This document shows positions 1 to 9,757 of a stretch of DNA of 64,000 nucleotides, in pieces (the first letter of the stretch is position 1; every line of letters starts with the position of its first letter). The stretch is from Acidobacteriota bacterium (GTDB lineage Bacteria > Acidobacteriota > UBA6911 > RPQK01 > JAJDTT01), in the NCBI GenBank assembly GCA_965209055.1, contig OZ242374.1, positions 3,456,001 through 3,520,000 of the forward strand, written 5' to 3'. The notes under the pieces are model-generated. The model saw only the letters and a list, made by a program, of their open reading frames with translations. It was not told where the DNA came from and did no database searches. The position numbers and the translations under genes were made by a program.

Positions 1-41
1 AACAAAGTAACGAAATAAAGACAACAAGTCCAGAAAATCTT

Positions 42-71
42 TTGACTGATTCTGACAACCTCGTGTATATT
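42..71 (+). promoter_or_regulatory. Putative sigma70 promoter of first TonB-dependent receptor
   Basis: TTGACT (42-47), 18 nt spacer, TATATT (66-71); RBS AAGGAG precedes ATG 137. Confidence 0.45.
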
Positions 72-136
72 CCAGTGCAACAAGTGGAAGTTGACTTCCA
101 CAGCCCGCCAGTCCGCTCGCCGAGAAGGAGACGACA

Positions 137-3100
137 ATGCAGACTTCCCCCTTTTCCATCAAGGGTGTCCTTCCATTGTTGGTATTGATGGTTTCCCTCC
201 CGCTATTGGCCCAGGAGCATGTGGGAACCGTTACCGGGACGGTGCGAGACGAGGGTGGGGGCGTTCTCCCCGGCGTCGAAGTGACCCTCGCCAACGTGGC
301 CACGGGCGTGCAACGGGACGTCGTCACGAACGACGTGGGACTTTACGGGTTCAACACCGTGGCCATCGGCGAATATGCGCTGCGGGCATCGTTGACCGGC
401 TTCCGGACGCTTGAGCAGACTGGGATCCGAGTCGTTTCAGGTGAGATTGTCACTCTCGACGTTGAGTTGACGGTGGGCCAAGTGGCTGAAACCGTGGAGG
501 TGGCGGCGACGCTCCCCACCATTGAGAAGCAAAGCAATAAGGCAGGGTATGCCAGGGTGAACGAGGAAATCGCCCGTCTGCCTCTGGTCGTCTCGTTCAA
601 CAACCGCCAGGCCCTGTCCTTCCTGCGGACCATGCCGGGCGTGTCCTACGACCCCTTCAGGTATTTCGACAACGAGAACGTGGCCATGTCGCGGTCCTTC
701 GTCCAGGGAACTCCGACCGCTTCGCCCAGCTACAACATAGACGGAGTGAGGGCGAGCGGCTCGACTCATGAGAATGCACGCGACGACACGGCGCCGGTTC
801 CGGAGATGGTTCAGGAATTCCGGCTCGACACCAACACCCAGGCCGAGCATGGCTGGGACAGCGGCGTGGCCATCAACCTGGTCTTCAAATCAGGCACCAA
901 CGACTTTCACGGGACTGGCTTCTGGTACAACCGGAACGACGTGTTCGACGCTCGACCCTGGTTCGCGGCGAGGAGAGCCGTCACCCGGCAGAATGACTTC
1001 GGCTTCGTGCTGGGTGGTCCCATCTGGAAAAACCGCACTTTTTTCTTTGGGGGGATCGATATCTACAAATTGCGGACAGCCCCCTCCGGGACGACTGCCA
1101 CCGTCCCCACCACGGCCATGCGCAACGGTGACTTCAGTGAGATATTGGGCGATCAAATCGGGACCGATGCCCTGGGCCGGCCGGTTTTTCGGGGCCAGAT
1201 TTTCGATCCGGCCACCACTCGGCCGGATGGACAGGGCGGGTTCATCCGCGATCCCTTTCCGGGAAACATGATTCCTGCCGGCCGCTCAAGCCCCATCACG
1301 CAGACTCTGGTTTCGCACATTGGTGCGCCCAACCGCCCGGGCGTCAGCAACAACTGGGTCGGAACCCAGACTCTGCGCCCGGACGACAAGGAGTCCTATT
1401 ACCTCAAGATCGATCATCAGATCGATGAAGCGGGATCCCACAAGTTTACGTTTGGCACGGAGCAGAATGTCAGGCTGAACCGGTCCACTTATCCGCAGGT
1501 CTTTGACGAGGCGGTCTCCAGCCTTCACATCAACGAGTCGGCTCAATACCGCTATCGCTTCAACTATTACTGGACCATCCGGCCCAACGTGATCTTCAAC
1601 CTTCGCACCGGTGTGACCCGGACACCGCGAATTATCGGGACTCAGGGTCTGGACAACGACCGTTTTGGCGAAGAGATCGGAATTACCGGGGTCAGCAACC
1701 CCAATGCCCCCAGGGTGAACACGCAGGGAACGACCGGATATGGCCCGATTTTCCGGAAACTCAATGACCCCAGCCAGACCGTTCCCGCCCACGCCGACAT
1801 GACCTGGGTCAGGGGCTCGCACAATTTCAAATTTGGCGCCTCCTATCTGCTGTCGGTCTCCAAAGGGGATTCGTCGATTTTCGGTCAGGGAAATTTCAAC
1901 TTTGTGGATCGCACGACCGGTCTGCCCGGCTTCCCCGGAACCGGATGGGGCTTTGCCAGCCAGTTCCTGGGCGAGGTGGACAGTGCCACTGTCAATAGCC
2001 CGACCGCCTTCAAACGCGATGGCGGAGCCTGGGGTGTCTACTTTCAGGACTCCTGGCGCGCCACCCCCAAATTGACGGTGAATTACGGCCTCCGCAACGA
2101 TGTCTTCATAACCGCGGGAGAGAGCTACGACCGCATCGGGGCCTTCAACCCGACCATCCCCAACCCCGGGGCCGGCGGTCTTCCGGGGGCCCTGTGGTTT
2201 TGGGGTGAGGGCCCCGGCCGAAACGGGTTCAAACGAGTGGCGCCGACCCTCTGGAGCAACTGGGGACCTCGTTTGGGGTTCGCTTACTCGCCTGACGACA
2301 AGACCGTCCTGAAGGCCAGTGCCGCCTACATGTACTTTCCACACTTCGGCGCCATGACCAGCGGATTCAACACTCCCGCGATCGGCTGGATTCTCAATGT
2401 GACCGCTGCGAGCCTGGACGCCGGTGTGACCCCCGCCTTCAACTGGGAGAACGGATTTCCGGACATCCTTCCCAACCTGCCCGACATCGACCCTTCCTTT
2501 GCCAACGGGCAGTCGGTGGTCGCCCTGAACCGGGACAACATGAAGGCGGGCAGGACGATGACCGTCAACTTCGGCGTGGAAAGAGACCTGGGCTGGGGTA
2601 CTGCTTTTCGAGCCAACTACCACGGCAAGTTCAGCCACAGTCTCCCCAGCAACGATGCCGTTCGATTGAACCAGCTCGACCCCAGGCATCTGGCGCTGGG
2701 CAACCTGCTCTTTGCCGACATCAATTCCCCGGCAGCCGCGGCGGCAGGGATCACTGCTCCCTATGAGGGATTCAAGGGACCTGTGAACCAGGCCCTCAGA
2801 CCGTTTCCTCACATGCTGAACATCAACGAACGCGCTGCCCCCGTGACCGACCTGACCTACCATGGCGCGGTGTTTTCCTTGCAGAAGCGCTACGGGCAAG
2901 GGTTGAGCTTCATGTTCAACTACACCATCTCCAAAGCGCTGGGCAACGCCAGGTGGGCCAACCAGGGGCATTCGCTCGCCAGCCACATCCAACATACTTC
3001 GCAACGGCACCTTCGTTATTTGTACGACCAGGACCGGCCCCAGAACGTTGCCGTGAGCTGGATGTGGGAATTGCCTTTCGGACCGGGAAAGCGCTGGGGC

Positions 3101-3607
3101 GGAGGCGCGAGTCCGGTCGTGCAGAAGCTGATCGGGGGCTGGAACATCGGGATGCAGCAGGCCTATTTCTCCGCACAGCCCCTCCATGTGAGCAGCCGAG
3201 TCCGCTACCCGGGCGGCTTTAACGCCATCTGGCCGGACCGGGTCGATGGGGTCTCGGTTCGGTCCGGTGTCGACTGTGGAGATTACGACCCCAACGACCC
3301 GTCCCGGAACCGGTACATCAACATCAACGCCTTTGCCAATCCCGCACCTTTTACCTTGGGGAATACCAGGACGTTGCCGTCGACACGAGCCTGCAGTTAT
3401 TTCAACGAGAACGCCGCCATTCAGAAAGATACTTACGTCACCGAGGGCATCTACGTGCGCTTGGGGGCCGATTTCTTCAATCTGTTCAACCGGCATATCT
3501 GGGGCAACCCGAATACCGACATCGGCAACGAGGCGGCCTTCGGCACCATCCGTACGGTCTCCTTTCCTCCCAGGATCATCCAGTTGAACCTCTCGGTTCA
3601 CTTCTAA
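137..3607 (+). CDS. TonB-dependent receptor, Oar-like, with N-terminal carboxypeptidase-regulatory-like domain
   Basis: Signal peptide; GTVTGTVRD..G.VLPGVEVT N-domain; VQEFRL/KSGTNDFHG/YNRND motifs; YFQDSWR..PKLTVNYGLR; terminal Phe (SVHF). Confidence 0.92.
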   Translation: MQTSPFSIKGVLPLLVLMVSLPLLAQEHVGTVTGTVRDEGGGVLPGVEVTLANVATGVQRDVVTNDVGLYGFNTVAIGEYALRASLTGFRTLEQTGIRVVSGEIVTLDVELTVGQVAETVEVAATLPTIEKQSNKAGYARVNEEIARLPLVVSFNNRQALSFLRTMPGVSYDPFRYFDNENVAMSRSFVQGTPTASPSYNIDGVRASGSTHENARDDTAPVPEMVQEFRLDTNTQAEHGWDSGVAINLVFKSGTNDFHGTGFWYNRNDVFDARPWFAARRAVTRQNDFGFVLGGPIWKNRTFFFGGIDIYKLRTAPSGTTATVPTTAMRNGDFSEILGDQIGTDALGRPVFRGQIFDPATTRPDGQGGFIRDPFPGNMIPAGRSSPITQTLVSHIGAPNRPGVSNNWVGTQTLRPDDKESYYLKIDHQIDEAGSHKFTFGTEQNVRLNRSTYPQVFDEAVSSLHINESAQYRYRFNYYWTIRPNVIFNLRTGVTRTPRIIGTQGLDNDRFGEEIGITGVSNPNAPRVNTQGTTGYGPIFRKLNDPSQTVPAHADMTWVRGSHNFKFGASYLLSVSKGDSSIFGQGNFNFVDRTTGLPGFPGTGWGFASQFLGEVDSATVNSPTAFKRDGGAWGVYFQDSWRATPKLTVNYGLRNDVFITAGESYDRIGAFNPTIPNPGAGGLPGALWFWGEGPGRNGFKRVAPTLWSNWGPRLGFAYSPDDKTVLKASAAYMYFPHFGAMTSGFNTPAIGWILNVTAASLDAGVTPAFNWENGFPDILPNLPDIDPSFANGQSVVALNRDNMKAGRTMTVNFGVERDLGWGTAFRANYHGKFSHSLPSNDAVRLNQLDPRHLALGNLLFADINSPAAAAAGITAPYEGFKGPVNQALRPFPHMLNINERAAPVTDLTYHGAVFSLQKRYGQGLSFMFNYTISKALGNARWANQGHSLASHIQHTSQRHLRYLYDQDRPQNVAVSWMWELPFGPGKRWGGGASPVVQKLIGGWNIGMQQAYFSAQPLHVSSRVRYPGGFNAIWPDRVDGVSVRSGVDCGDYDPNDPSRNRYININAFANPAPFTLGNTRTLPSTRACSYFNENAAIQKDTYVTEGIYVRLGADFFNLFNRHIWGNPNTDIGNEAAFGTIRTVSFPPRIIQLNLSVHF

Positions 3608-3612
3608 GAAAA

Positions 3613-3690
3613 GGAGGGGCGATTTCCAATCGCCCGGGTGCCGCATTCCCCGATGTTTCAAGAATCGGCGGTTAGGAAACCGCCGCCCCC
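3613..3690. repeat. Inverted pair of REP-like palindromes
   Basis: GGAGGGGCGATTTCCAATCGCCC (3613-3635, +) and GGGGGCGGCGGTTTCCTAACCGCCG (3666-3690, -); related copies elsewhere in the window. Confidence 0.7.
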
Positions 3691-3699
3691 GTCCGCCGC

Positions 3700-3733
3700 A
3701 GGGGACCGGCAAATGCCGGTCCCCTCTTTTTTT
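3700..3733 (+). terminator. Rho-independent terminator
   Basis: AGGGGACCGGCA-aa-TGCCGGTCCCCT hairpin followed by CTTTTTTT. Confidence 0.85.
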
Positions 3734-3827
3734 GGCGCCGGTGAGAACTTTCTTAACCTTCAGCTTCCCCAGTAAACGCGCGGACGGTCAGCCAGAATCG
3801 GAATTGTCATCCTCCTCAGATAAACTC

Positions 3828-3856
3828 TTGCGCTAGTTTTGGGGATGAGTTATAAG
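3828..3856 (+). promoter_or_regulatory. Putative sigma70 promoter of second TonB-dependent receptor
   Basis: TTGCGC (3828-3833), 17 nt spacer, TATAAG (3851-3856). Confidence 0.45.
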
Positions 3857-3964
3857 TTCCGGGTTGTTTTGGCTGCGCGGTATGTTTTCAGAAATTCGCA
3901 AGGTTTTTTTGTGTCTGCCGCGTCATCCCACCAGTCAATTCACTTCAACGTCTGAGGAGCAGCA

Positions 3965-6900
3965 ATGAGTAGACTATTGAGTTTGAGCCTGATTCTGGTG
4001 CTCACCTGCATTCCCCTGCTGGCGCAGGAGAACGTGGGAACGGTGACCGGGGCGGTCCGCGATGAGAGCGGCGGCGTGGTGCCGGGAGCGGAAGTCTCCA
4101 TCACCAACGTCGCCACCGGCATCGTGACCGACACCATCACCAGCGACGCCGGGATCTATGCCTTCAATTCGGTGGCGATCGGAGAGTACCGGCTCACCAC
4201 CACCATGCCCGGCTTCAGAACCCTGGAGCAGAGCGGGATCCGCGTGGTCTCGGGAGAGGTCTTGACCGCCGACGTGACGTTGTCGGTGGGCGACGTGGCC
4301 GAGACCGTGGAAGTAATGGCGACGCTTCCCACCATCGAGAAGCAGTCGAACAAGGCCGGATACGCCCGGGTGAACGAGGAGATCGCCCGTCTTCCCATAG
4401 CGATCTCCAACAACAACCGCCAGGCGCTCTCGTTCCTGCGCACCATGCCGGGCGTATCCTACAACCCCAATAACACCAATGAAAACGACGCCATGAGCAG
4501 GGCCTTCATTCATGGCACGCCCAATGCTTCCCCCAGCTACACCATTGATGGTGTCCGGGCGGGCAGCTCCACGCACCAGAATGCCCGGGACGACACGGCG
4601 CCGATTCCCGAAATGGTCCAGGAGTTCCGGCTCGACACCAACACGAATGCGGAGCATGGCTGGGACAGCGGCGTGGCGATCACCCTGATCTTCAAGTCGG
4701 GCACCAACGACTTGCACGGCGACCTTTTCTGGTATTTCCGAAACGACATCCTCGACGCCCGTCCGTGGCTGGCCCCGCGCAAGAGCGTCACGCGTCAAAA
4801 TGACTATGGTTTCGTCCTGGGTGGCCCCATCTGGAAGAACCGCATGTTCTTCTTCGGCGGGTTTGACGGCTACAAGCTGCGGACCGCTCCGGGGGACGGG
4901 GTGCGGACCGTTCCCACTGCGGCCATGCGCAGTGGCGACTTCAGCGAGATCCTGGGTCCCGAGATCGGGACCGACGCTCTGGGCCGGCCGATCCACCGGG
5001 GCGCCATCTACGACCCCATGACCACTCGCTCGGACGGTCAGGGCGGGTTCATTCGAGACCCGTTCCCCAACAACATGATTCCTGCGGATCGTTTCAGCAC
5101 GGTCACCAAGAACCTGATATCACGGATCGGACTGCCCAATCGGCCGGGTGTGACCAACAACTGGATCGGCGGCCTGACCTCCACCCCGGTCAACAAGACC
5201 TCCTACTACCTGAAGGTCGATCATCAGCTTGACGAGGCGGGCGACCACCGGCTCACGGTCGGATGGGAGCAGTCCTGGAGGGAATCCCGGTCAAATTACG
5301 CCCCAGTCTTCGACGAATCCATCTCCAGTCTTCACAAGAACGACGAGGTCCAGTACCGCTATCGCTTCAATTACCACTACACAATCCGGCCCAACGTCCT
5401 GTTCAACCTTCGCACCGGCGTCACCCGGACGCCGCGGGTCATCGGTACCCAGGGTCTGGCCAACGACAATACAGGGGCGGAAGTTGGCATCAAGGGAGTG
5501 CCGGGACCCATTGCGCCGCAAGTCGGCGTTCAGGGCCAGAGTGCCTACGGGCCCATCTTCCAGAAACTCATCGACCCCAGCCAGACCGTCCCGGCCAACA
5601 TGGACGTGACCTGGGTCAAGGGGTCCCACAACTTCAAAGTCGGCGCCGCCTATCTTCTTTCCGTCTCCAAGCAGAACCTGGCCCTCTTCGATCAGGGGTC
5701 GTTCAGTTTCTCCGCCCTGGAGACAGGATTGCCAGGCAACGCCAACACCGGGTTCGGTTTCGCCAGCAAGTTGCTGGGCGAAGTGGACTCGGCATTCGTA
5801 TGGAGTCAACGCGACTTTCGTCACAATGGGGGGGCCTGGGGCATCTACTTTCAGGACTCGTGGCGCGCCACCCCCAAGTTGACCGTCAACTACGGTCTCC
5901 GGAACGATGTTTTCGTTCCTTTGGGCGAGACCTACGACCGCATCGGAGCCTTCGATCCCACCATTCCCAACCCGGGAGCGGGGGGACTTCCCGGAGCCCT
6001 CTCGTTCTGGGGAGACGGCCCGGGAAGAAACGGGTACAAGCGGATTGCGGACACGCTCTGGAGCCAATGGGGACCCCGTTTGGGATTCGCCTATTCTCCG
6101 GATGACAACACGGTCGTCCGGGCCAGCGCCGCCTACATGTACTTTCCACTCTTCGGCGCCATGACAAGCGGGTTCAACACGCCTTTCATGGGTTGGGCTT
6201 TGGATCCGTCGGTCAGGAGCCTCGACGGCGGTCTTACCCCGGCGTTCAACTGGGACGGCGGATACCCGGATCCCATCCCGGCCCTGCCCGTCCTGGAACC
6301 GGATTTCGCCAACGGCCAAGCGGCACAGGCTCTCAACCGGGACGACATCAAGGCGGGGCGCACTTTGACCCTCAATGCCGGGTTGGAGCGGGATCTGGGT
6401 GGGGGACTGGCCATTCGGGCCAACTACCACGGCAAGTTCAACCACAATCTGCCCAGCAACGACTCGGTGCGGCTAAACCAGCTCAGTGTCGGAAACTTGA
6501 GTTTGGGGAGCCTTCTGCAGGCCCAGATCGGTTCACCGCAGGCGGAGGCCGCCGGGATCAGCGCTCCTTATCCAGGATTCTCGGGACCGGTCGCCCAGGC
6601 GCTCAGGCCATTCCCGCACATGCTGGACATCCAGCAGCGGGCCGCGCCTGTGAACAATCTGACCTACCATGCCTTGGTCCTGTCGGTGCAAAAGCGGTAT
6701 GGACACGGGCTGAGCTTCATGCTCAACCATACGATCTCCAAGGCCATCGGAGATGTTAACTTCTCCCAGCAGGGGCATGGGTTCACAAGGGCCCAGCACA
6801 CCTCGCAGCGGGGTCTCCGATTCGTGTACGAGGAAGATCGGCCCCAGAACCTCTCTCTGAGTTGGCTGTATGAACTGCCGTTCGGGCCGGGAAAGGCCTT

Positions 6901-7396
6901 TTTCAATGGAGGGAATCTTTTCACCAAATATTTTCTCAGCGGTTGGACCCTCGGCTTTCAGCACAACTACTTTTCCGGGACGCCGATCAATGTCAGAAGC
7001 CGGGTCAGGTATCCGGGAGGCTTCGGAGCCATCTGGCCGGTTCTGGTTCTGAATGCGCAGGTCAAGACCAACACCATCTGCGGGGAATACAGTCCTGGCG
7101 GGAAGTTCCTGAACGTCAACGCGTTCATGAATGCTGCTCCTTGGACTTTGGGGAACGTCCGATCGTTGCCCAGGGATCGGCAGTGCAGTTATTTCAATGA
7201 GAACGCGACTCTCCAGAAGGACACTCACGTCAATGAGGACGTGAGGGTTCGCCTGGGGGTTGATTTCTTCAACGTGTTCAACCGCCACATCTGGGGCGGC
7301 CTGAACACCGACACCGGAAACGCGGCGGGATTCGGCCGGTTCGGCTCCACGTCACGTCCCCGGTTCATCCAGTTGCATCTCTCGGTCCACTTCTGA
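3965..7396 (+). CDS. TonB-dependent receptor, Oar-like; tandem paralog of 137..3607
   Basis: Same architecture; identical blocks such as ATLPTIEKQSNKAGYARVNEEIARLP and PEMVQEFRLDTNT; RBS GAGGAG; terminal SVHF. Confidence 0.92.
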   Translation: MSRLLSLSLILVLTCIPLLAQENVGTVTGAVRDESGGVVPGAEVSITNVATGIVTDTITSDAGIYAFNSVAIGEYRLTTTMPGFRTLEQSGIRVVSGEVLTADVTLSVGDVAETVEVMATLPTIEKQSNKAGYARVNEEIARLPIAISNNNRQALSFLRTMPGVSYNPNNTNENDAMSRAFIHGTPNASPSYTIDGVRAGSSTHQNARDDTAPIPEMVQEFRLDTNTNAEHGWDSGVAITLIFKSGTNDLHGDLFWYFRNDILDARPWLAPRKSVTRQNDYGFVLGGPIWKNRMFFFGGFDGYKLRTAPGDGVRTVPTAAMRSGDFSEILGPEIGTDALGRPIHRGAIYDPMTTRSDGQGGFIRDPFPNNMIPADRFSTVTKNLISRIGLPNRPGVTNNWIGGLTSTPVNKTSYYLKVDHQLDEAGDHRLTVGWEQSWRESRSNYAPVFDESISSLHKNDEVQYRYRFNYHYTIRPNVLFNLRTGVTRTPRVIGTQGLANDNTGAEVGIKGVPGPIAPQVGVQGQSAYGPIFQKLIDPSQTVPANMDVTWVKGSHNFKVGAAYLLSVSKQNLALFDQGSFSFSALETGLPGNANTGFGFASKLLGEVDSAFVWSQRDFRHNGGAWGIYFQDSWRATPKLTVNYGLRNDVFVPLGETYDRIGAFDPTIPNPGAGGLPGALSFWGDGPGRNGYKRIADTLWSQWGPRLGFAYSPDDNTVVRASAAYMYFPLFGAMTSGFNTPFMGWALDPSVRSLDGGLTPAFNWDGGYPDPIPALPVLEPDFANGQAAQALNRDDIKAGRTLTLNAGLERDLGGGLAIRANYHGKFNHNLPSNDSVRLNQLSVGNLSLGSLLQAQIGSPQAEAAGISAPYPGFSGPVAQALRPFPHMLDIQQRAAPVNNLTYHALVLSVQKRYGHGLSFMLNHTISKAIGDVNFSQQGHGFTRAQHTSQRGLRFVYEEDRPQNLSLSWLYELPFGPGKAFFNGGNLFTKYFLSGWTLGFQHNYFSGTPINVRSRVRYPGGFGAIWPVLVLNAQVKTNTICGEYSPGGKFLNVNAFMNAAPWTLGNVRSLPRDRQCSYFNENATLQKDTHVNEDVRVRLGVDFFNVFNRHIWGGLNTDTGNAAGFGRFGSTSRPRFIQLHLSVHF

Positions 7397-7423
7397 TTCA
7401 CAACACCAAAGGTGGATAATAAG

Positions 7424-7453
7424 AAGGGCCGGCACATCGTGCCGGCCCTTTTT
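7424..7453 (+). terminator. Rho-independent terminator
   Basis: AAGGGCCGGCAC-atc-GTGCCGGCCCTT followed by TTT. Confidence 0.8.
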
Positions 7454-7458
7454 CGTGT

Positions 7459-7546
7459 GGAGGGGCGACTTTCCTGTCGCCCATTGGCAGGGGGGGACAT
7501 TGCTGTCCCCCCTCTTCTCTTGCGGAGAGGGGAGATTTCCATCCCC
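7459..7546. repeat. Cluster of REP-like palindromes
   Basis: GGAGGGGCGACTTTCCTGTCGCCC (7459-7482), GGGGGGACATTGCTGTCCCCCC, GAGGGGAGATTTCCATCCCC. Confidence 0.65.
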
Positions 7547-7585
7547 GAACTCCCATTTCCCGTATTACCCGGAGATCAGTGGGCT

Positions 7586-7885
7586 TCAGTCAGACTCAGA
7601 TCTTCCCGGTTCGACCTTGGGAGCCTGATCTGTCAGCGAGGTCAGTATGAACGGCGCGGAAGCACCGATGTTGAATGCCAGGATCGGATTGGATTCAATT
7701 CCGTACAGCAAAACCAAGAGCCCGCCGGCTGCCGCCATAATGATGGTGACGATCCAATAGAGCCAACTCTTCGCCCAGGCAGGGACACCCCTGTGGAGTT
7801 CCCTGCGGGTGCGGAACCATTGGAGCAGCTCTTACATACAGCCGCCCCAAAAGCCCCCCACGATCATTGGGCAGGAGGCGTCCAT
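7586..7885 (-). pseudogene. Small membrane protein (about 99 aa) interrupted by an in-frame TAA
   Basis: Manual translation MDASCPMIVGGFWGGCM*ELLQWFRTRRELHRGVPAWAKSWLYWIVTIIMAAAGGLLVLLYGIESNPILAFNIGASAPFILTSLTDQAPKVEPGRSESD; TAA at 7832-7834; starts 8 nt after the upstream ORF's stop. Confidence 0.65.
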
Positions 7886-7893
7886 GGCAGCGG

Positions 7894-8151
7894 CTAGAAT
7901 GATTTCGCGACGATCCTCTGCAATTTGGAGAGGAACTCCCGCAGTCGAACTGGCCGGGACCCGTGTGTGTATACGATTTTCCCGTCCTTCGAAATGGCTT
8001 GGCGTACTTCGGCTCGATGTTGGTCAATCAGGCGTGCCACGCGCCTTCGATCCAGTCCGGCTTCCTTGGCAATGCCATCGACTGTCCTGAAGTCCCACGT
8101 CGGGTTCAAGAGCGCGGAACGCACCTTTTCCCAGTCACCCTCTGTGATCAT
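7894..8151 (-). CDS. Small hypothetical protein, winged-HTH-like
   Basis: 85 aa; WDFRTVDGIAKEAGLDRRRVARLI helix-turn-helix-like pattern followed by a beta-hairpin (KDGKIVYT). Confidence 0.7.
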   Translation of the reverse strand: MITEGDWEKVRSALLNPTWDFRTVDGIAKEAGLDRRRVARLIDQHRAEVRQAISKDGKIVYTHGSRPVRLREFLSKLQRIVAKSF

Positions 8152-8299
8152 GATGCCACTTCCGTTCCCACGGTTTCACCTGCTCGTATACTCCTGAACG
8201 CTCCGGCGGCACGAAATGTGATCCTGATGGTCGACCACAAATGATCTTCCCGGTAGCCGTCTTGTTCGCTTGCTCTTTTTTTACTTTTTCCCCACTCCC

Positions 8300-9757
8300 T
8301 TATTCTTGAACTGCAAACAAGGTATTCCGATTCGTGATGTAGAGCACTCCGTTGGCGGCGACCGCCGTCGTGTAGACCGAATCTCCCATCTCGTTGACGG
8401 CCAGCTCCTTCATCGTGGCGCCGTGCTCCAGCACCACCACGTCGCCGTCCTCGTCTCCCAGGTAGACCTTGCCGTCCACCAGGTAGGGAGACCCCCAGAC
8501 CGCGGCCAGCATGTCGTAGCGCCAGTGCCGTTTTCCGGTGGCGAGATCCAGGCAGTACAGAAACCCCGTCAGATCAGCCGCATAGAGGAGGCCGTCTCCG
8601 ATGGCGACGGTGGACATGCTGCGGCGAAAGTCCTCCCCACCCACGTGCCAGATCCGCCCCTTCTCGGTGATGTCGCCGGTCTGGGTCGCGTCGATGGAAA
8701 AAAGGTGACCGGGACCCTCGCCGTGCTCGGGGTCCTGCCCCACGCTGAGCAGGACCTTGTCCTGGTAGAGGACGGGCGTGGAGATGATGTTGTTCCGGGT
8801 GCCACGCCCGCCCAGCTTCCACTCGGAGGCCTTGGGATTGAGATCAAACTTCCAGATCAGTTCTCCGCTCTGCGGCTCATAGGCGTAGCACCAGCCGTCG
8901 CCCCCGGCAAAAATCGCTTGGGGCCGGCCGTTGACCAGTCCGTATGTGGGTGACGACCATTGTCCGTGCAAGGTGTTTTCACCCGGGTCGCTCCGCTCCC
9001 AGACCAATTCGCCGGTCTTCTTGTGCACGGCGATGAACGCGGGCGCGTCGGGCATGGGGAGGTCCAGGTGTCCCTCGTCCACGCCATTGGAGGTGAGCAG
9101 GAAAATCAGGTCGCCGGCTCCCACCGGGGAGGAGGTGGCCAGGTTGTGCGGGAACACACCCAGTTCCTCGATCATGTCGTAGACCCAGACGATGTCCGCG
9201 TCTTCCTTCTCCCGGTACTTCTCGTCCTGGAACGGACCGTCGTTCTCCCCGTCCAGGAACCCTTCCACGTCGACGCAGACCAATTCGGCCCGGTTGCTGA
9301 CGTAGTAGATCCGGTCCCCATCCACGAACGGAGAAGAACAGATCCCCTGTTCCGGCCAGTCGTTGACCCGGCCCGTGGGGAGCTTGTCGTGGGTGGCCTG
9401 CCACATGATCTTCCCGGTGGCTTCCTCCATACAGACGATCACTCCCTTGTCGCCCGTGATTCCGGGCCGGTGATGCGCCTCGTTGTTGGTGCCGATGAAG
9501 ATCCGTCCGTCGGAGATCACGGGATTGCCGTAGGTCTGAGACCCCAGCGGTGTCTTCCAGCGGATGTTCTTGCCGCTGGAGACGTCCCACTGGTGAGGCA
9601 TCCCCTTCTCATCCGAGACCATGTTCCGGTCCGGAGTCCCGCCCCACATCTTCCAGTCTCCCGCGTAGACCGGATGAAGACCCGTTGCCGCAAGCAGTGT
9701 TGCTCCCAACAGAATGAACGAAACACGCACGATCCCGGCTCGATTCCTAGTCATCAT
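8300..9757 (-). CDS. PQQ-binding-like beta-propeller repeat protein (secreted)
   Basis: Signal peptide, DWKMWGG..RN start, repeated SSP..A.D..TG...W (BamB/PQQ-type) blades. Confidence 0.88.
   Translation of the reverse strand: MMTRNRAGIVRVSFILLGATLLAATGLHPVYAGDWKMWGGTPDRNMVSDEKGMPHQWDVSSGKNIRWKTPLGSQTYGNPVISDGRIFIGTNNEAHHRPGITGDKGVIVCMEEATGKIMWQATHDKLPTGRVNDWPEQGICSSPFVDGDRIYYVSNRAELVCVDVEGFLDGENDGPFQDEKYREKEDADIVWVYDMIEELGVFPHNLATSSPVGAGDLIFLLTSNGVDEGHLDLPMPDAPAFIAVHKKTGELVWERSDPGENTLHGQWSSPTYGLVNGRPQAIFAGGDGWCYAYEPQSGELIWKFDLNPKASEWKLGGRGTRNNIISTPVLYQDKVLLSVGQDPEHGEGPGHLFSIDATQTGDITEKGRIWHVGGEDFRRSMSTVAIGDGLLYAADLTGFLYCLDLATGKRHWRYDMLAAVWGSPYLVDGKVYLGDEDGDVVVLEHGATMKELAVNEMGDSVYTTAVAANGVLYITNRNTLFAVQE

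Noticed and set aside
1286-3712. Long antisense and alternate-frame ORFs throughout (e.g. 808 aa at 1286-3712, 650 aa at 12121-14073, 839 aa at 49276-51795, 702 aa at 54551-56659)
   Set aside because: They shadow well-supported genes on the opposite strand or frame; stop-codon scarcity in high-GC DNA explains them; no motifs recognised.
7832-7834. Programmed stop-codon recoding (Sec/Pyl) in the small membrane ORF
   Set aside because: The stop is TAA, which is not used for Sec or Pyl; a nonsense mutation or sequencing error is more likely.
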